Shown: positions 12,701 to 23,478 of the stretch, one piece after another
Layout: every line of letters begins with the position of its first letter
How positions within the stretch are numbered: the stretch's first letter is position 1
Assembly (NCBI GenBank): GCA_051362555.1
Contig: CM120649.1
Span: 10,602,001-10,666,000, forward strand
Reading direction: 5' to 3'
Source: Lingula anatina
Taxonomy: Eukaryota > Animalia > Brachiopoda
Length of the DNA: 64,000 nucleotides
The notes under the pieces: generated by a model
Databases searched by the model: none
What the model saw: only the letters and a program-made list of their open reading frames with translations
What the model was told of the DNA's origin: nothing
Made by a program: the position numbers and the translations under genes

Positions 12701-15700
12701 AGGAGGATGGAAATTTTCTTTATTACAGAGAGAATTTTAAGATGTTCAGCTGAACAGAACCTAATGTTAAAAACAACTGTACCAAAGATTATTCTAGTAT
12801 GTTCAAAGTCCAATAAAATATGTTCTACATAATTCTTTGGTTAGCATTTTCAGCTGCAATGTAATTTATCACTATTTTGATATAAATTTTTGATTTTATA
12901 TTGATTCTTATTTTAAAGATTCCCTGACTGCCCAAAATATGCTACTGTAACTGTGATTGCAGTGTTCAATGTAGATATCATGTAATCATTTCACTACTTC
13001 CTATCCATTACTCTGTACTAATATGACATATTTTGGACATCACTAAGATCTGACATGCATATATCATACATTAATAAACTTGTTTTCTAATCGTAAATCA
13101 CTATTTCCAGAAGAAATACCTTTTTAAATTACGTAACTATGTAAAATATTATATACCACTGACTTCTTTACACTAAATCGTAGATTATCATATTTTGAAG
13201 AAACGCATTTTCTTTGGGCCTTCAGGCTACACCACATAATTTATTTAACTTTAAATAATAAATCATCAACTTAGGGGCAGTTGAAGAAGCTGATCAACAA
13301 TAACATTAACAACATGGGAGTCTTATTTGTCTGACCTCAGGATATCAACTGTCACTAGGGATATTACTTAAAATTCAATATGAAGACCCTCAACAGTTTC
13401 AAAATTAAGTTCTAAGTAAATTACTAATCTTAAATAAACTTATAATGTTAATTAAAATTTTATTTATTAATATCTTGAACATTCTCTTTAGCTAAAGTGT
13501 TTAAGGGGTCAAGGATATTAAAAATACGTCTTAAACTCGATTTTTAGTTTTTTATACGTTAGAAATAATCAATATTGTATCTAATACTCAATTAAGTTAT
13601 ATTTTTGCAACACGGACTAAAAATATACATTTGGACGAGTTTTTCTACCTGTCCGTGGCAGCCTTTAGGCTCGGCCTCCGTTGCCAAGCACCGTTAGTAT
13701 GGGGGGCGGGGCAAGAATGGTTGTCTAACTTGTCTTCAGCTGTTACGCGTGCACTGGCAGCTCATAAGTCTTACGTCAGCTAAACTGAGATTATATTGTT
13801 TCCATTTTTTACATTGTTAACAATATATTAAATTTTTTCCCTTAGCGTCTCAATCACGTCACGTCAAGATCACACTTGAGCTGCTGAGAATTCGTACAAC
13901 GTCTGGGGTTGTCAGAAAAAATCGTTAGGCAATCATTTTATTCACAATAAAGATCGTAACAGCAAGCAAGTTTATAAATAATATTGCCACCCAAAACATT
14001 TTCAAACTCGCCTATTACGGTCTCGGCACTCTGTGGCATCGTGGCTGATACGTACCCACATTCGGCCATTTCTCGGAGTAATTCTTTCTTTGCTTTCTCC
14101 ATTTTCGCGTCTTGGTGTGTAGAGCGGCGTCCACGCACGACGGGTGGCATTGTCCTCTGCTTGCACCTCAAGTAATTTTCTTTTTGTTTGTTAGCGCTTT
14201 CTTAGACACTTCCTAGACAGTGCACAGACTCCTACTGCGTCAGGCACAATTATGATTAATTACGTCAGTGAAACGAGAGTAGGAAGGCCTACTCAACTGT
14301 CAATCATTTCTCAGGGAAGAGCGGCTTTCGTGGTGCGAATAAGTTTGCGTACAAAAGTAAGATTTTCTGGCATCTAGATAGAAACAAACAACCCAATTTT
14401 AACACGTAATGGTGTATAGACCTTCCCGATCAATAAGATGATAACAGGTAAGGTGGAGGTGCAATTAGTTTGCTAAATTAGCCCAATTACCTGAGCCAAA
14501 TGGTTTATGAGCGATTTCTCAGCTTTGAAGATTGATAACATAGTCTAAACTTCAATCCCCATATCTCATTCTTTTCCTGTCAGATTGACATGAAATTTGA
14601 TGTGTCTGAGTTTCAGTATAATATTTAGTCGACTGCGTCTTGGGTTCTTGATTGACTTTTTATTTTTGAAGTTATTAATACTGAAAGTGGATGGTCCATA
14701 TATATTTCGTAAAATTCACGTTTTATCAAAATAAAATCAAACGTAAAAATAATAAGAGAAAATCCTGCCAGAGTTTACTGGTTTATGTGCTAACCTTTAG
14801 ATAGCTATTTCAATCGTATTTATAGGGCTTTTTGTTTAAGAGAAAATCTTGATTAAAAAAATGACAATTTTAGCCCCAAAAGGCTGATATTACGTCACTC
14901 GTGTTACACTGTGACTACAAACTTTGGAAAATTGTTTTGCTTGCTAGACCATATCCTTTAGTTAATAGGAAATTCAATTAGCTGCATTAGTTTTGGACTT
15001 TTTCGTTAATATCCTAGACCCCTTAAGTGTTAATATTATTAGCTTGCGACATAAATCAATTTTCTGATGTACTACATATACATAATACTCTTAAATATAA
15101 CCTGAATATTTCATTCTTTATCTTCTACTTCTTAAAATCATCATCATCATCATCATCATTATTATTATTATTATTATTACAACATATAACACAGTGCGAT
15201 AACTTGCCAGTTTGGGGTCATTGAGGGCGTGATCAAACACATGTTCATCCAGCGTCTTCTCCAGCTCGTCAGCAGCCCTGGCCACCTCCTGCAGCATCTC
15301 GTAGATAAACCCTGAAGATGGGGTGGTGTTATTGGGATTAGCTTTCTCCTGGAAAATATTGACACTATTTAAAACAATTATATGTAACAATGATTTGAAT
15401 TATAATGGATATACAAAGCATCTATTTCTAAAATAAATTTATAAGCCTGCTTAATACTTGAAACTAAAATCAGTTGATATGCACAATAAAGTAAAATTGT
15501 TCTAAAATGTAAAACGACCTTTAAAATATAATAAATTCAATTTATAGGTTAAGTATTTTAAAGTAAAAAACGTTGGAGGAAAAGTAAGCAGGTTTTTAAA
15601 TAGTGTTGCAACCTGTCACCCAAGGAAGTAATACTGTTACTGTAACAGTAGTATTTTGTAAAGTCCTTACTGTGTGCAAGTATTATGAAACTGCTTTACT

Positions 15701-16861
15701 AGTAATTCATATTACATGCACATTCATTGTTAACAGATCATGCTGTTGTACAAGTTGAAATAAATCTAATAATCTATAAGAGAAAAACCTTCATCTGTTT
15801 TTCAGTCTCCTCTGCCTTCAGCAGTTTGTTATAGGCTTGCTCCTCTTTCAGTGTCAAATCTTTCAGAGAATCCAGTCTCTTTTTACTGCTATCTTTCACA
15901 TCAGCAAGGTCTGAAACATGCAACAGAAATAATCTTAGACAGCATATAGCAATAGATTGTTGCAGCCAGTGATGATTTCTAATAACTCATCACTTGAAAG
16001 TGTACATATTCATAACTTTTCACTGATTATGTTCTTCTTTTAGTGAAAATTTAAAAATTTTCACTAAACTTTATTACAAAATTGCTCAAATAAACTTCTG
16101 TCATTTAAAAACTGCATACACCATGTGTGAGGCCTTAATGTATTGATTAATTAATAATTTATTGGTAGAAAAAGAGAGACAAGCTAATAATTATCATAAG
16201 ATTTATACACCATGGAGTGTGCACCAGTATCACACAGCCTGTGGAGAATATATATCAAGATAGACTGACCCAGCTTGAATGGGAACATGACTTTAAACAT
16301 TACGATATCTTACATTTTACCAAGATTTCCACCATACCAGTATGATGTCAGAGTCAAATGACTGTAATGTATGAACGATATGTATGAATTACCTTTGACG
16401 TCCCCCTGTATGGAAGACTCCAGTGACTGAATAGCCTGATAGATCAACCCTTCACTTGAATTCAGCTGCATTTTGAACAGATCATATATCTGGACTTGGA
16501 ACTCCTTGTGAGGGTCTCTCTCCCCCATGTCCAGCTCCCTCATCTCATTGGTCACCTGCCGAATCCCACGCTCCAATTTCTGCACTGCTACTTCCTTCTT
16601 TTTCAGGAGTAGTCCAAACTGGCGGCAGGAATTTGCATTCCAAGTCCGTGTTTTCCAGTTTGAAATTTCCTTTTCTTCCCCTGCTTTCTCTTTGTCATTT
16701 CTGTTGTCTGAAGGAAGCTCTTTGACTAGTGGACGGAATTTCTTTGGAGCAAGTGGCGGAGGAGGAGGTCTTTTTTCTCGGCGATTATAATTAGCTTTGG
16801 CACTTATTTTCATGCTGACCAGCAGCATAATCAGTATGATAATCTCCACTCTGACAGCCAT
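6732..16861 (-). CDS. TMCO3: Transmembrane and coiled-coil domain protein 3 (CPA2/Kef-like cation/H+ antiporter family); 5' part only, continues beyond the left edge
   Basis: Phase-consistent exons 16861-16393, 15910-15789, 15348-15208, 12615-12424, 11786-11658 and 6824-6732. They encode a signal peptide, a coiled coil, then [58 protein letters not shown] and [30 protein letters not shown], which match vertebrate TMCO3 as I recall it. Confidence 0.9.
7180..10954. mobile_element. TTAA-flanked DNA transposon relic with imperfect terminal inverted repeats (Sola3- or Kolobok-like)
   Basis: Left end TTAA|GAGCGCGTCCATGAG...CAGTCAGAAGGTGGCAAGGTGGGGGTCAGCAGATTT. Right end, reverse-complemented: TTAA|GTGTGTGTCCATGAT...CAGTCAGAGGGTGGCAAGGTGGGGGTCAACAGATTT. 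TTAA at 7176-7179 and 10955-10958. Confidence 0.7.
7842..9700 (+). pseudogene. Decayed multi-exon coding remnant inside the TTAA-flanked element; protein not recognised
   Basis: Exon-like blocks with AG/GT borders and compatible phases: ~7842-8222 (..[12 protein letters not shown]|gtaag), 8464-8557 ([31 protein letters not shown], open), 8651-8903, 8956-9109 and 9291 onward. Several stops and frameshifts. Confidence 0.5.
11048..11421. mobile_element. hAT-like MITE with an apparent 6-bp TSD
   Basis: Termini CAAACATGCTGAAA...TTTCAGCATGTCTG, flanked by CTGGTG at 11042-11047 and 11422-11427; repeated GGAC/GACC subterminal motifs. Confidence 0.65.
11496..11718 (-). repeat. 92-bp tandem duplication (~2.4 copies) of a TMCO3 exon 3' end plus its splice donor
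   Basis: On the minus strand ATGTTTGGGTTTGTGGTGGCAGGT..GGACTCAACATAGTCAAG|GTAGGCTATAC repeats; donors at 11657 and 11565. Confidence 0.9.
12154..12310. repeat. Imperfect (CA)n microsatellite/minisatellite
   Basis: CA runs with a repeated CACAAATAAAGACATGGGCAT unit. Confidence 0.85.
12315..12414. mobile_element. PIF/Harbinger-like MITE, internally deleted copy
   Basis: TTA|GGGACCATTCCCA...TGGGAACCCAGTC|TTA; same family as 17493-17742 and 45101-45533. Confidence 0.7.
13505..15022. mobile_element. TTAA-flanked non-autonomous DNA transposon (Kolobok-like)
   Basis: TTAA|GGGGTCAAGGATATTAA ... TTAATATCCTAGACCCC|TTAA (17-bp TIR, 1 mismatch). The interior is CpG-rich, unlike the flanking intron. 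Confidence 0.8.
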
Positions 16862-17492
16862 ATTTTTCCCACACCTTCTCTGCTCCCTCACAGTGCTCAA
16901 ACATTGTCAAACACCACTAGCTGTAGTTGTTATGGATAGTCACAAAGGCTGGTTATGAACTGCTAATGCAGGTTCTGTAATGAAATTACATATAACCTTT
17001 AAATAAATGAATGACTCAATATGCCTGCACTGACCTGTCTATACAGTTAACTGGCAGAGCACATGAACCTAGCTATACCTATGCACGCATGGTAACAGAT
17101 TTCTGTCACTTATTCATCAGTGTAGATTGCTTCAGATTTATGACTGGAGCCACTATTAATAGCGTTAAAGATATGGGACATAGAATGGTGAAGTTATAAA
17201 TAAAATAATAAGATGCAGGTAACAATTAAAGCCTATTTAATGTACAAAACCATCTTTGTACAAATCAGAAAACTAAGATCAAGTGGGTAAATTCTACTAG
17301 ATGTGGAATGAGAAAAAGAATAAATAAAACTCAAAAACATTAGTACTATACGTCATATGATTTTGATAATGCAGTACAAATGTTATGGTCAAATTTTATC
17401 GACGAGTCAAATATACCTTCAGCTTAAAGGTAGAATCTACTGGAATATATACTACAGCCTTAATTAAAACATTTCCCCATCTTATTTTCTAA

Positions 17493-17742
17493 GACTGGGT
17501 TCCCATATTTAGATTGATCTATCTGGATTAACCTAACTCCCTGGGGGTTCACGTTAAATTGCTATATCAGCTCAAGAGGCTTAAATGTCTGTCACCCCTA
17601 TCGAATCAGCTAGGGGTAAAGATAATTACCCCCCCAAGAGCTTTACTAAGCATGACAGACGTTTAAGCTGGTAAGTTTGATTGCAATTTAGTGAGACTCC
17701 CCAGGAAGAGAGATCGATCCAAATATCTGTGGGAATGGTCCC
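17493..17742. mobile_element. PIF/Harbinger-like MITE
   Basis: TAA|GACTGGGTTCCCA...TGGGAATGGTCCC|TTA; inverted relative to the 12315 and 45101 copies, sharing GATCGATCTA and GGGAGT motifs. Confidence 0.72.
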
Positions 17743-18298
17743 TTAGTCTACATGTACTGTAGTGTAAAGCTACTATTCTTTTCCACACCAGACCTTAATT
17801 GTGTATCTGTAAATAAGGATAATTACTATATACAAAACCCAGCATATAAGAACTAAAAAATGAAATTTCTTTATTAAAAGAATCCTATGGCTAATTTTAC
17901 AATGGGTATGATATTGCATTATTTGGCATACATGTAGATGCATGTGCACATCTGAAGAAAGAAGTGGCATATGCAATGAAGGAAATGTTCAAAGCACTGG
18001 GTGTAAAAACATCGAGAGAGAGAGAGAGAGTGAGCTCCATGCTACAAAGTTAATCAAACCAAAGCTATATTGACCCACCGATTTTTTCAGAGTTAGATCA
18101 TTTTTTAGCACGTGAACGAATTATGATACTTCTTTGCGCGTAAAGAAAATTGTGATCCATTTTCATGATTTCTACCGGTACAGTACTCGGGTACTAGTGG
18201 TAGTTGTAAACGACTCACTGTACATGTATATTTTAATTTTTATGGGATTACAGCAGCTCTAGCTCAGACGGATAGTTCACAATATTTACACAGTAGTC

Positions 18299-21200
18299 TG
18301 TAACATTATCTTCTTGTTTTTTGGTAAATGTTATTAAAGTTCACAAGCTTCCATTAGTGGCATTCTTTGAATGACCCTTGGTCACCTACAGATTACACTT
18401 GATGACAGTTCTCAGCCATTGTTAAAGTAAACAGGTGTTCCTCATACTTTTTAATGTACATGTATATACAAGCCTATCACTTCACAATAAACTTTCGTAG
18501 AAGTCAGACGCATTGTTGTTGTCTCTCTCCTGAATAGAGTCCAGCACGTTGGACTCAGTAAAGAGCCATCATATTACATGGTGTCAGAAGTGGTTGCCAG
18601 ACATAGGCAACAGTGACGATCCGTGGCAGTTTTAACATTGTGTTAACTGTTAGCATGGAACTCACTGGTATCCCAACACCTTCCATGGACTGGAGTGCGT
18701 CTAATCTTCCTGAACAGTGGAAAAAATTCCACAGTCTCGTGGAACTTATTTTTAATGGGCCACTAAAGGAAAAGGAAGAGAAAGTGAAGGTGACTTATCT
18801 CTTGTTATGGATAGGAGACAAGGGGAGAGAAATAAAGTCAACTTGGACAAATCTGGACGAACCAGACAAGCTGCAGTCATATTATGACCGTTTTAAAGCC
18901 CATGTGCAGCCGAAACTGAATCCCATCTTTGCGCGGTTCAAGTTTAACAATGAAACTCAAGGTGCATCTACCGTTGAACAATTTATTACTCGTTTGCGGA
19001 CACTTGCTGTTGACTGTGCATACACAAATGCAGAAGAGATGATCCGAGACAGGATCGTATTTGGTACCTCATCAGAGAAAGTGAGGGAAAAGGTCATAAA
19101 TGAAGGTGACAAGCTGACACTCGACAAAGCCGTGCAGATAGCCCAGTCGTACGAGTATTCAATGGAACAACTCAAGACAATGGGAAAAGAGGTCAGCAGC
19201 ATTAAGAAACAACCTCCACGTACAGGCAACTGGAGACATGTGAACAGACAGAAGAAACAGCAAAAGCAGGACAGACATGAGTGTGACAATTGTGGCTACG
19301 AGCATGCCAAGACTGATAGATGTCCGGCTAAGGGTAAACAGTGTAATAACTGTAAGAAATTCAATCACTTTGCTAAAAAATGTCGCAAAAGTATTGCTAA
19401 AAAACATGTTAATGAGTTGCAAGCTTTGCCAGATCAGCCCGATTCTGATTCTGATTCAGATTCACAATTTATTGTAGATAGTATTGACACGTCAGAGGGT
19501 TTAGATCAAGCATTTTGCCATGTAGAAATTGGTCCAGCAAAGATCAATGTTATTTTTAAGATTGACACAGGTTCTCAAGTGAATATTTTACCCAAGCATG
19601 TGTTTGACTCAATTGGTCATGTAGACGACCTGAAACCTCCTAGTCAGAAGCTTACTGCTTATAATGGTCACTCACTAAAAAACTTAGGGTCTGCAAATTT
19701 CACTTGTCAGTATAAGAAAAAGTCCATTGGCCTTCTGTTTCACGTCGTTGATACAGAATCTTCACCGATACTTGGTTTGAAAGCATGTATGGACTTGTGC
19801 CTGATTAAGTTAGTGTATGCTTGCGATGTAGATGCTGATGTGAAGCGAGAGCTGGTCGGAAAAAGAGATTCTAGTAAACCCAGCCAAAGTCTGAACAAAT
19901 CCGAGTTTGGTAAAGACCAAATATTGCATGAATACAAAGACGTATTCGAGGGTATAGGATTGTTCCCAGGTGAATGTGTAATTCACACTGATCCCGACGT
20001 AATTCCTGTTGTTCACCCCCCTCGCAAAGTGCCGCATGCACTTCATGAAAAGCTCAAAAATGAACTTGAGCGTATGGAGAAGCTTGATGTGATTTGTAAA
20101 GTCACAGAGCCCACAGAATGGGTTAATTCTCTTGTGATTGTTGAGAAGCCTGAATCAAGCTCAGGTAAGGTACGTGTGTGCCTGGATCCCAAAGACCTAA
20201 ATAGAGCTATTTTGAGACCCCATTACCCCCCTAGAACGTTAGAAGAAGTATTACCCCAGTTAGCAGGTGCTCAATACTTCAGTAAGTTGGATGCCAGGTC
20301 AGGGTATTGGACAATTAAACTATCCACAGAATCCTCATACCTTACGACGTTTAATACGCCATTTGGTAGATACAGATATCTGCGACTGCCTTTTGGTTTG
20401 AGATCGTCGCAGGATGAGTTTCAGAGAAGGGTAGACGAAAGTTTTGAGGGTCTAAACGGTGAAATAGCCTTAGTAGATGACATCATAGTGTTTGGAAAAA
20501 ACAGAGAACAGCATGACCAAAATCTGCGTAATGTTTTACAAAGGTCACGTGAGTGTGGGATCAAACTCAACAGAGAAAAAATGGAAATCGGCGTGACTAA
20601 AGTAAAATATTTTGGTCACATTATCACATCAAAAGGCTTAGAGCCTGACCCGGAAAAGGTCAAAGCAATTAGGGAGATGAAAGCCCCGACTAATAAGAAA
20701 GAGTTAGAGACTTTTCTGGGTATGGTGACATACCTAGCTAAATTTGCTACGTTAACGTATTTTGACCCCAGCCAGGTCACTACCTTACAGACTGATGCCT
20801 CTAAGTATGGTTTAGGTGCTGCACTGTTGCAGGATGGAAAACCCATAGCTTATGCATCCAAAGCTCTCAATACATCAGAAATCAACTATGCCCAAATAGA
20901 AAAAGAAATGTTTGGGATAGTTTTTGGGTGTAAGAGATTTCACCAATACGTTTATGGCCGTAAAGTAGTAGTGGAGACAGACCACAAACCTTTAATTCCT
21001 ATATTCAAGAAGCCCTTGAATACAGCCCCTCCACGCTTGCAGAGAATGCTGTTACAATTACAGCGATACGATCTGGAGGTAATTTACAAACCAGGTACAC
21101 AGATACCACTTGCAGACACATTGTCTCGCAATTTTGTAAAAGACACCTACCCAGAGCTCGCTAGAGGAATGGATGCACACGTACATGCAGTGCTCTCAAA

Positions 21201-23067
21201 AATTCCTATTAGTGATAGAAAGTTAGACGAAATTCGTCAAGAAACTGAACAAACTGAACAGTTTCAGACTTTGCGCAAAACCGTTTTAAATGGTTGGCCT
21301 GTTAAAAGGAGTGATTGCCCCTCTGAGATTATAGAATTTTGGAATCACAGAGACGAATTGTCTTACATTGATGGCCTACTGCTCAAAGGTCAAAAGGTTA
21401 TCGTACCCCAGAAACTAAGGGTGAAAATGCTGCATTCTATACACACAGGTCACAAAGGAATAGAGAAATGCCAAAAACGAGCCAGATCAGCAATTTTTTG
21501 GCCAGGCATGTCAGGTGACATTAATGATTTTGTTTCCAAGTGCCCCATTTGTCTCATGCAGAGAAATAACAACCCTAAACAACCTTTGCAGCCACACCCC
21601 ATCCCTGATTACCCCTGGCAAACAGTTGCCACTGACTTGTTTACATGGGATGGAAAGGATTTTATAGTTGTAGTTGATTATTACAGTCGATACTTTGAGG
21701 TAGCTCAACTTACCTCTACTCAAAGTTATCAGGTAATCAGCAAGTTAAAGGTTATATTTGCTAGATTTGGAATCCCAGAAACTGTCATTTCAGACAATGG
21801 TCCTCAGTACGCCTCTCAGGAGTTCACTGATTTCTCTAAGCAATATGATTTCAAACATGTGACCTCCAGCCCCAATTACCCTCAGTCCAACGGACTAGCT
21901 GAGAAATATGTCCAAATTGTAAAGAAACTGTTTGAAAAGTCAAAGTCTGATAAATCCGACCCTAATTTGGCCTTATTGGAATACAGGGTGTCCCCCCTTG
22001 ACATCGGATACTCCCCAGCGCAGTTATTACAAGGACGGCAGTTGCGTTCTGTTTTACCTGCCACCAATCAACAGTTGTGTCCCCAGTTCATTGATCCTGG
22101 AAAGGTCAAACATAAGATAGATTCAAGTCGTCAAAAGCAGAAGAAATTTTATGACCATGGTTCCCGACCCCTTCCCCCTATAACTGTAGGTGAGTCAGTC
22201 AGATTTCAGCGAAATGACAAGTTATGGAAACCTGCCAATGTCATTGATAAGGTGAATGAAAATTCATTTGTTTTACAAGCTCCTAATGGTGGTATATATC
22301 GACGTAACAGGCGTCATATTCTCAAAACAAAAGAGCCCAATGTTCCTCATGACACTGACCCACAAGTGCCTATTTGCACTGAGAATCTGGTTAATAAATC
22401 CAGTGATCTTAAAATTCTAGCAGATCACCCTGAGCCTGCTGTAAATGCCCCAGTTAAGTCCCCAGTTAAACTAAAATCAACCCCTCAGAAAGATGAATGT
22501 CATTCACCCCAGCCCTATGTAACACGAGCTGGCAGAGTTTGCAAACAAAAAATTATACAATCTATGTAACTTTTGCAAAGTGATATAAAAGACTTTAGAG
22601 GAAATTACCCTTGGACAAAAGGATATGAACTTAACTTTATCAAGAATTTTTTCAATGACAGTATATGTTCACTATTGGATACACATATCTGACAGGCAGG
22701 ACTAACAAGCACATATTGCCAGTGCAGGGATATTTCACCAAGACTATGACTGTTAACACCCAGGACATTTGATTGAAGAAAGGGAGATGTAACATTATCT
22801 TCTTGTTTTTTGGTAAATGTTATTAAAGTTCACAAGCTTCCATTAGTGGCATTCTTTGAATGACCCTTGGTCACCTACAGATTACACTTGATGACAGTTC
22901 TCAGCCATTGTTAAAGTAAACAGGTGTTCCTCATACTTTTTAATGTACATGTATATACAAGCCTATCACTTCACAATAAACTTTCGTAGAAGTCAGACGC
23001 ATTGTTGTTGTCTCTCTCCTGAATAGAGTCCAGCACGTTGGACTCAGTAAAGAGCCATCATATTACA
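18299..23067 (+). mobile_element. Ty3/Gypsy LTR retrotransposon with both LTRs, very recent insertion
   Basis: LTRs 18299-18578 and 22788-23067 (280 bp, TG..CA, identical by eye). 5-bp TSD TAGTC at 18294-18298 and 23068-23072. PBS TGGTGTCAGAAGTGG at 18579-18593, complementary to the 3' end of tRNA-Leu. PPT GAAGAAAGGGAGA at 22775-22787. Confidence 0.97.
18655..22569 (+). CDS. Gag-Pol polyprotein (Gag with two CCHC knuckles, aspartic protease, RT, RNase H, integrase)
   Basis: Single open frame from ATG 18655: CDNCGYEH..C and CNNCKKFNHFAKKC knuckles; IDTGS protease; LDARSGYW and LVDD RT; TDASK RNase H; HTGH..CPIC zinc motif and D,D35E (TDLF, SDNGPQY, LAE) integrase. RT-RH-INT order is Gypsy-type. 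Confidence 0.95.
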   Translation: MELTGIPTPSMDWSASNLPEQWKKFHSLVELIFNGPLKEKEEKVKVTYLLLWIGDKGREIKSTWTNLDEPDKLQSYYDRFKAHVQPKLNPIFARFKFNNETQGASTVEQFITRLRTLAVDCAYTNAEEMIRDRIVFGTSSEKVREKVINEGDKLTLDKAVQIAQSYEYSMEQLKTMGKEVSSIKKQPPRTGNWRHVNRQKKQQKQDRHECDNCGYEHAKTDRCPAKGKQCNNCKKFNHFAKKCRKSIAKKHVNELQALPDQPDSDSDSDSQFIVDSIDTSEGLDQAFCHVEIGPAKINVIFKIDTGSQVNILPKHVFDSIGHVDDLKPPSQKLTAYNGHSLKNLGSANFTCQYKKKSIGLLFHVVDTESSPILGLKACMDLCLIKLVYACDVDADVKRELVGKRDSSKPSQSLNKSEFGKDQILHEYKDVFEGIGLFPGECVIHTDPDVIPVVHPPRKVPHALHEKLKNELERMEKLDVICKVTEPTEWVNSLVIVEKPESSSGKVRVCLDPKDLNRAILRPHYPPRTLEEVLPQLAGAQYFSKLDARSGYWTIKLSTESSYLTTFNTPFGRYRYLRLPFGLRSSQDEFQRRVDESFEGLNGEIALVDDIIVFGKNREQHDQNLRNVLQRSRECGIKLNREKMEIGVTKVKYFGHIITSKGLEPDPEKVKAIREMKAPTNKKELETFLGMVTYLAKFATLTYFDPSQVTTLQTDASKYGLGAALLQDGKPIAYASKALNTSEINYAQIEKEMFGIVFGCKRFHQYVYGRKVVVETDHKPLIPIFKKPLNTAPPRLQRMLLQLQRYDLEVIYKPGTQIPLADTLSRNFVKDTYPELARGMDAHVHAVLSKIPISDRKLDEIRQETEQTEQFQTLRKTVLNGWPVKRSDCPSEIIEFWNHRDELSYIDGLLLKGQKVIVPQKLRVKMLHSIHTGHKGIEKCQKRARSAIFWPGMSGDINDFVSKCPICLMQRNNNPKQPLQPHPIPDYPWQTVATDLFTWDGKDFIVVVDYYSRYFEVAQLTSTQSYQVISKLKVIFARFGIPETVISDNGPQYASQEFTDFSKQYDFKHVTSSPNYPQSNGLAEKYVQIVKKLFEKSKSDKSDPNLALLEYRVSPLDIGYSPAQLLQGRQLRSVLPATNQQLCPQFIDPGKVKHKIDSSRQKQKKFYDHGSRPLPPITVGESVRFQRNDKLWKPANVIDKVNENSFVLQAPNGGIYRRNRRHILKTKEPNVPHDTDPQVPICTENLVNKSSDLKILADHPEPAVNAPVKSPVKLKSTPQKDECHSPQPYVTRAGRVCKQKIIQSM

Positions 23068-23172
23068 TAGTCTTGCCATTAAATTGATCTGTCCTGGCGT
23101 TTTTCTAAATAGGCCTCAAATCTAAAAATTTTAATGAATTCAATAATAAGTGAAAATAAGAAAATACATTAC

Positions 23173-23478
23173 CGCATAAAAAATGCCACATCCACGTTCA
23201 TTTGTTGTGGCAGCTGTCAACCTTGCTCACAGGGAAATGGACTTCACTTCCGGTTTAGGATATTATACTTATTTTTTCAAGAAAATCTACTTTAATGTGA
23301 ATAATAAGTAGATATTAAACATCATTAGTATACTCAAATTTTAAATACCTTGCAATTTAATTAATATTCAAAACTATATTACTAATAAACTTTAAAAAGT
23401 TAAACATGATACCATTACCCTATGAAAGACAATGCACAAAATCTTGCGCAGATGGAGCAAAATTGCCCAGGTTTCAAA
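23173..23478. promoter_or_regulatory. Probable bidirectional promoter for TMCO3 and RNF168/169, including a putative non-coding first exon of TMCO3
   Basis: Minus-strand donor GCG|GTAATG at 23172 could join the acceptor at 16975. ETS/GABP-type CACTTCCGGT at 23245-23254. AAAATGGCG (YY1-like/Kozak) at the plus-strand start, 23479. Confidence 0.55.

Noticed and set aside
18613-18654. ORF-track GTG start for Gag-Pol
   Set aside because: Eukaryotic element; the first ATG at 18655 is the likely start.
18957-22120. Short antisense or alternative-frame ORFs within the Gypsy element
   Set aside because: Shadows of the long ORF with no recognisable motifs; no env-like ORF between 22570 and the PPT.
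23422-23478. Upstream in-frame ATGs for RNF168/169
   Set aside because: ATG 23479 has the best context (AAAATGGCG) and gives the usual short leader before the RING; the upstream starts cannot be excluded without TSS data.
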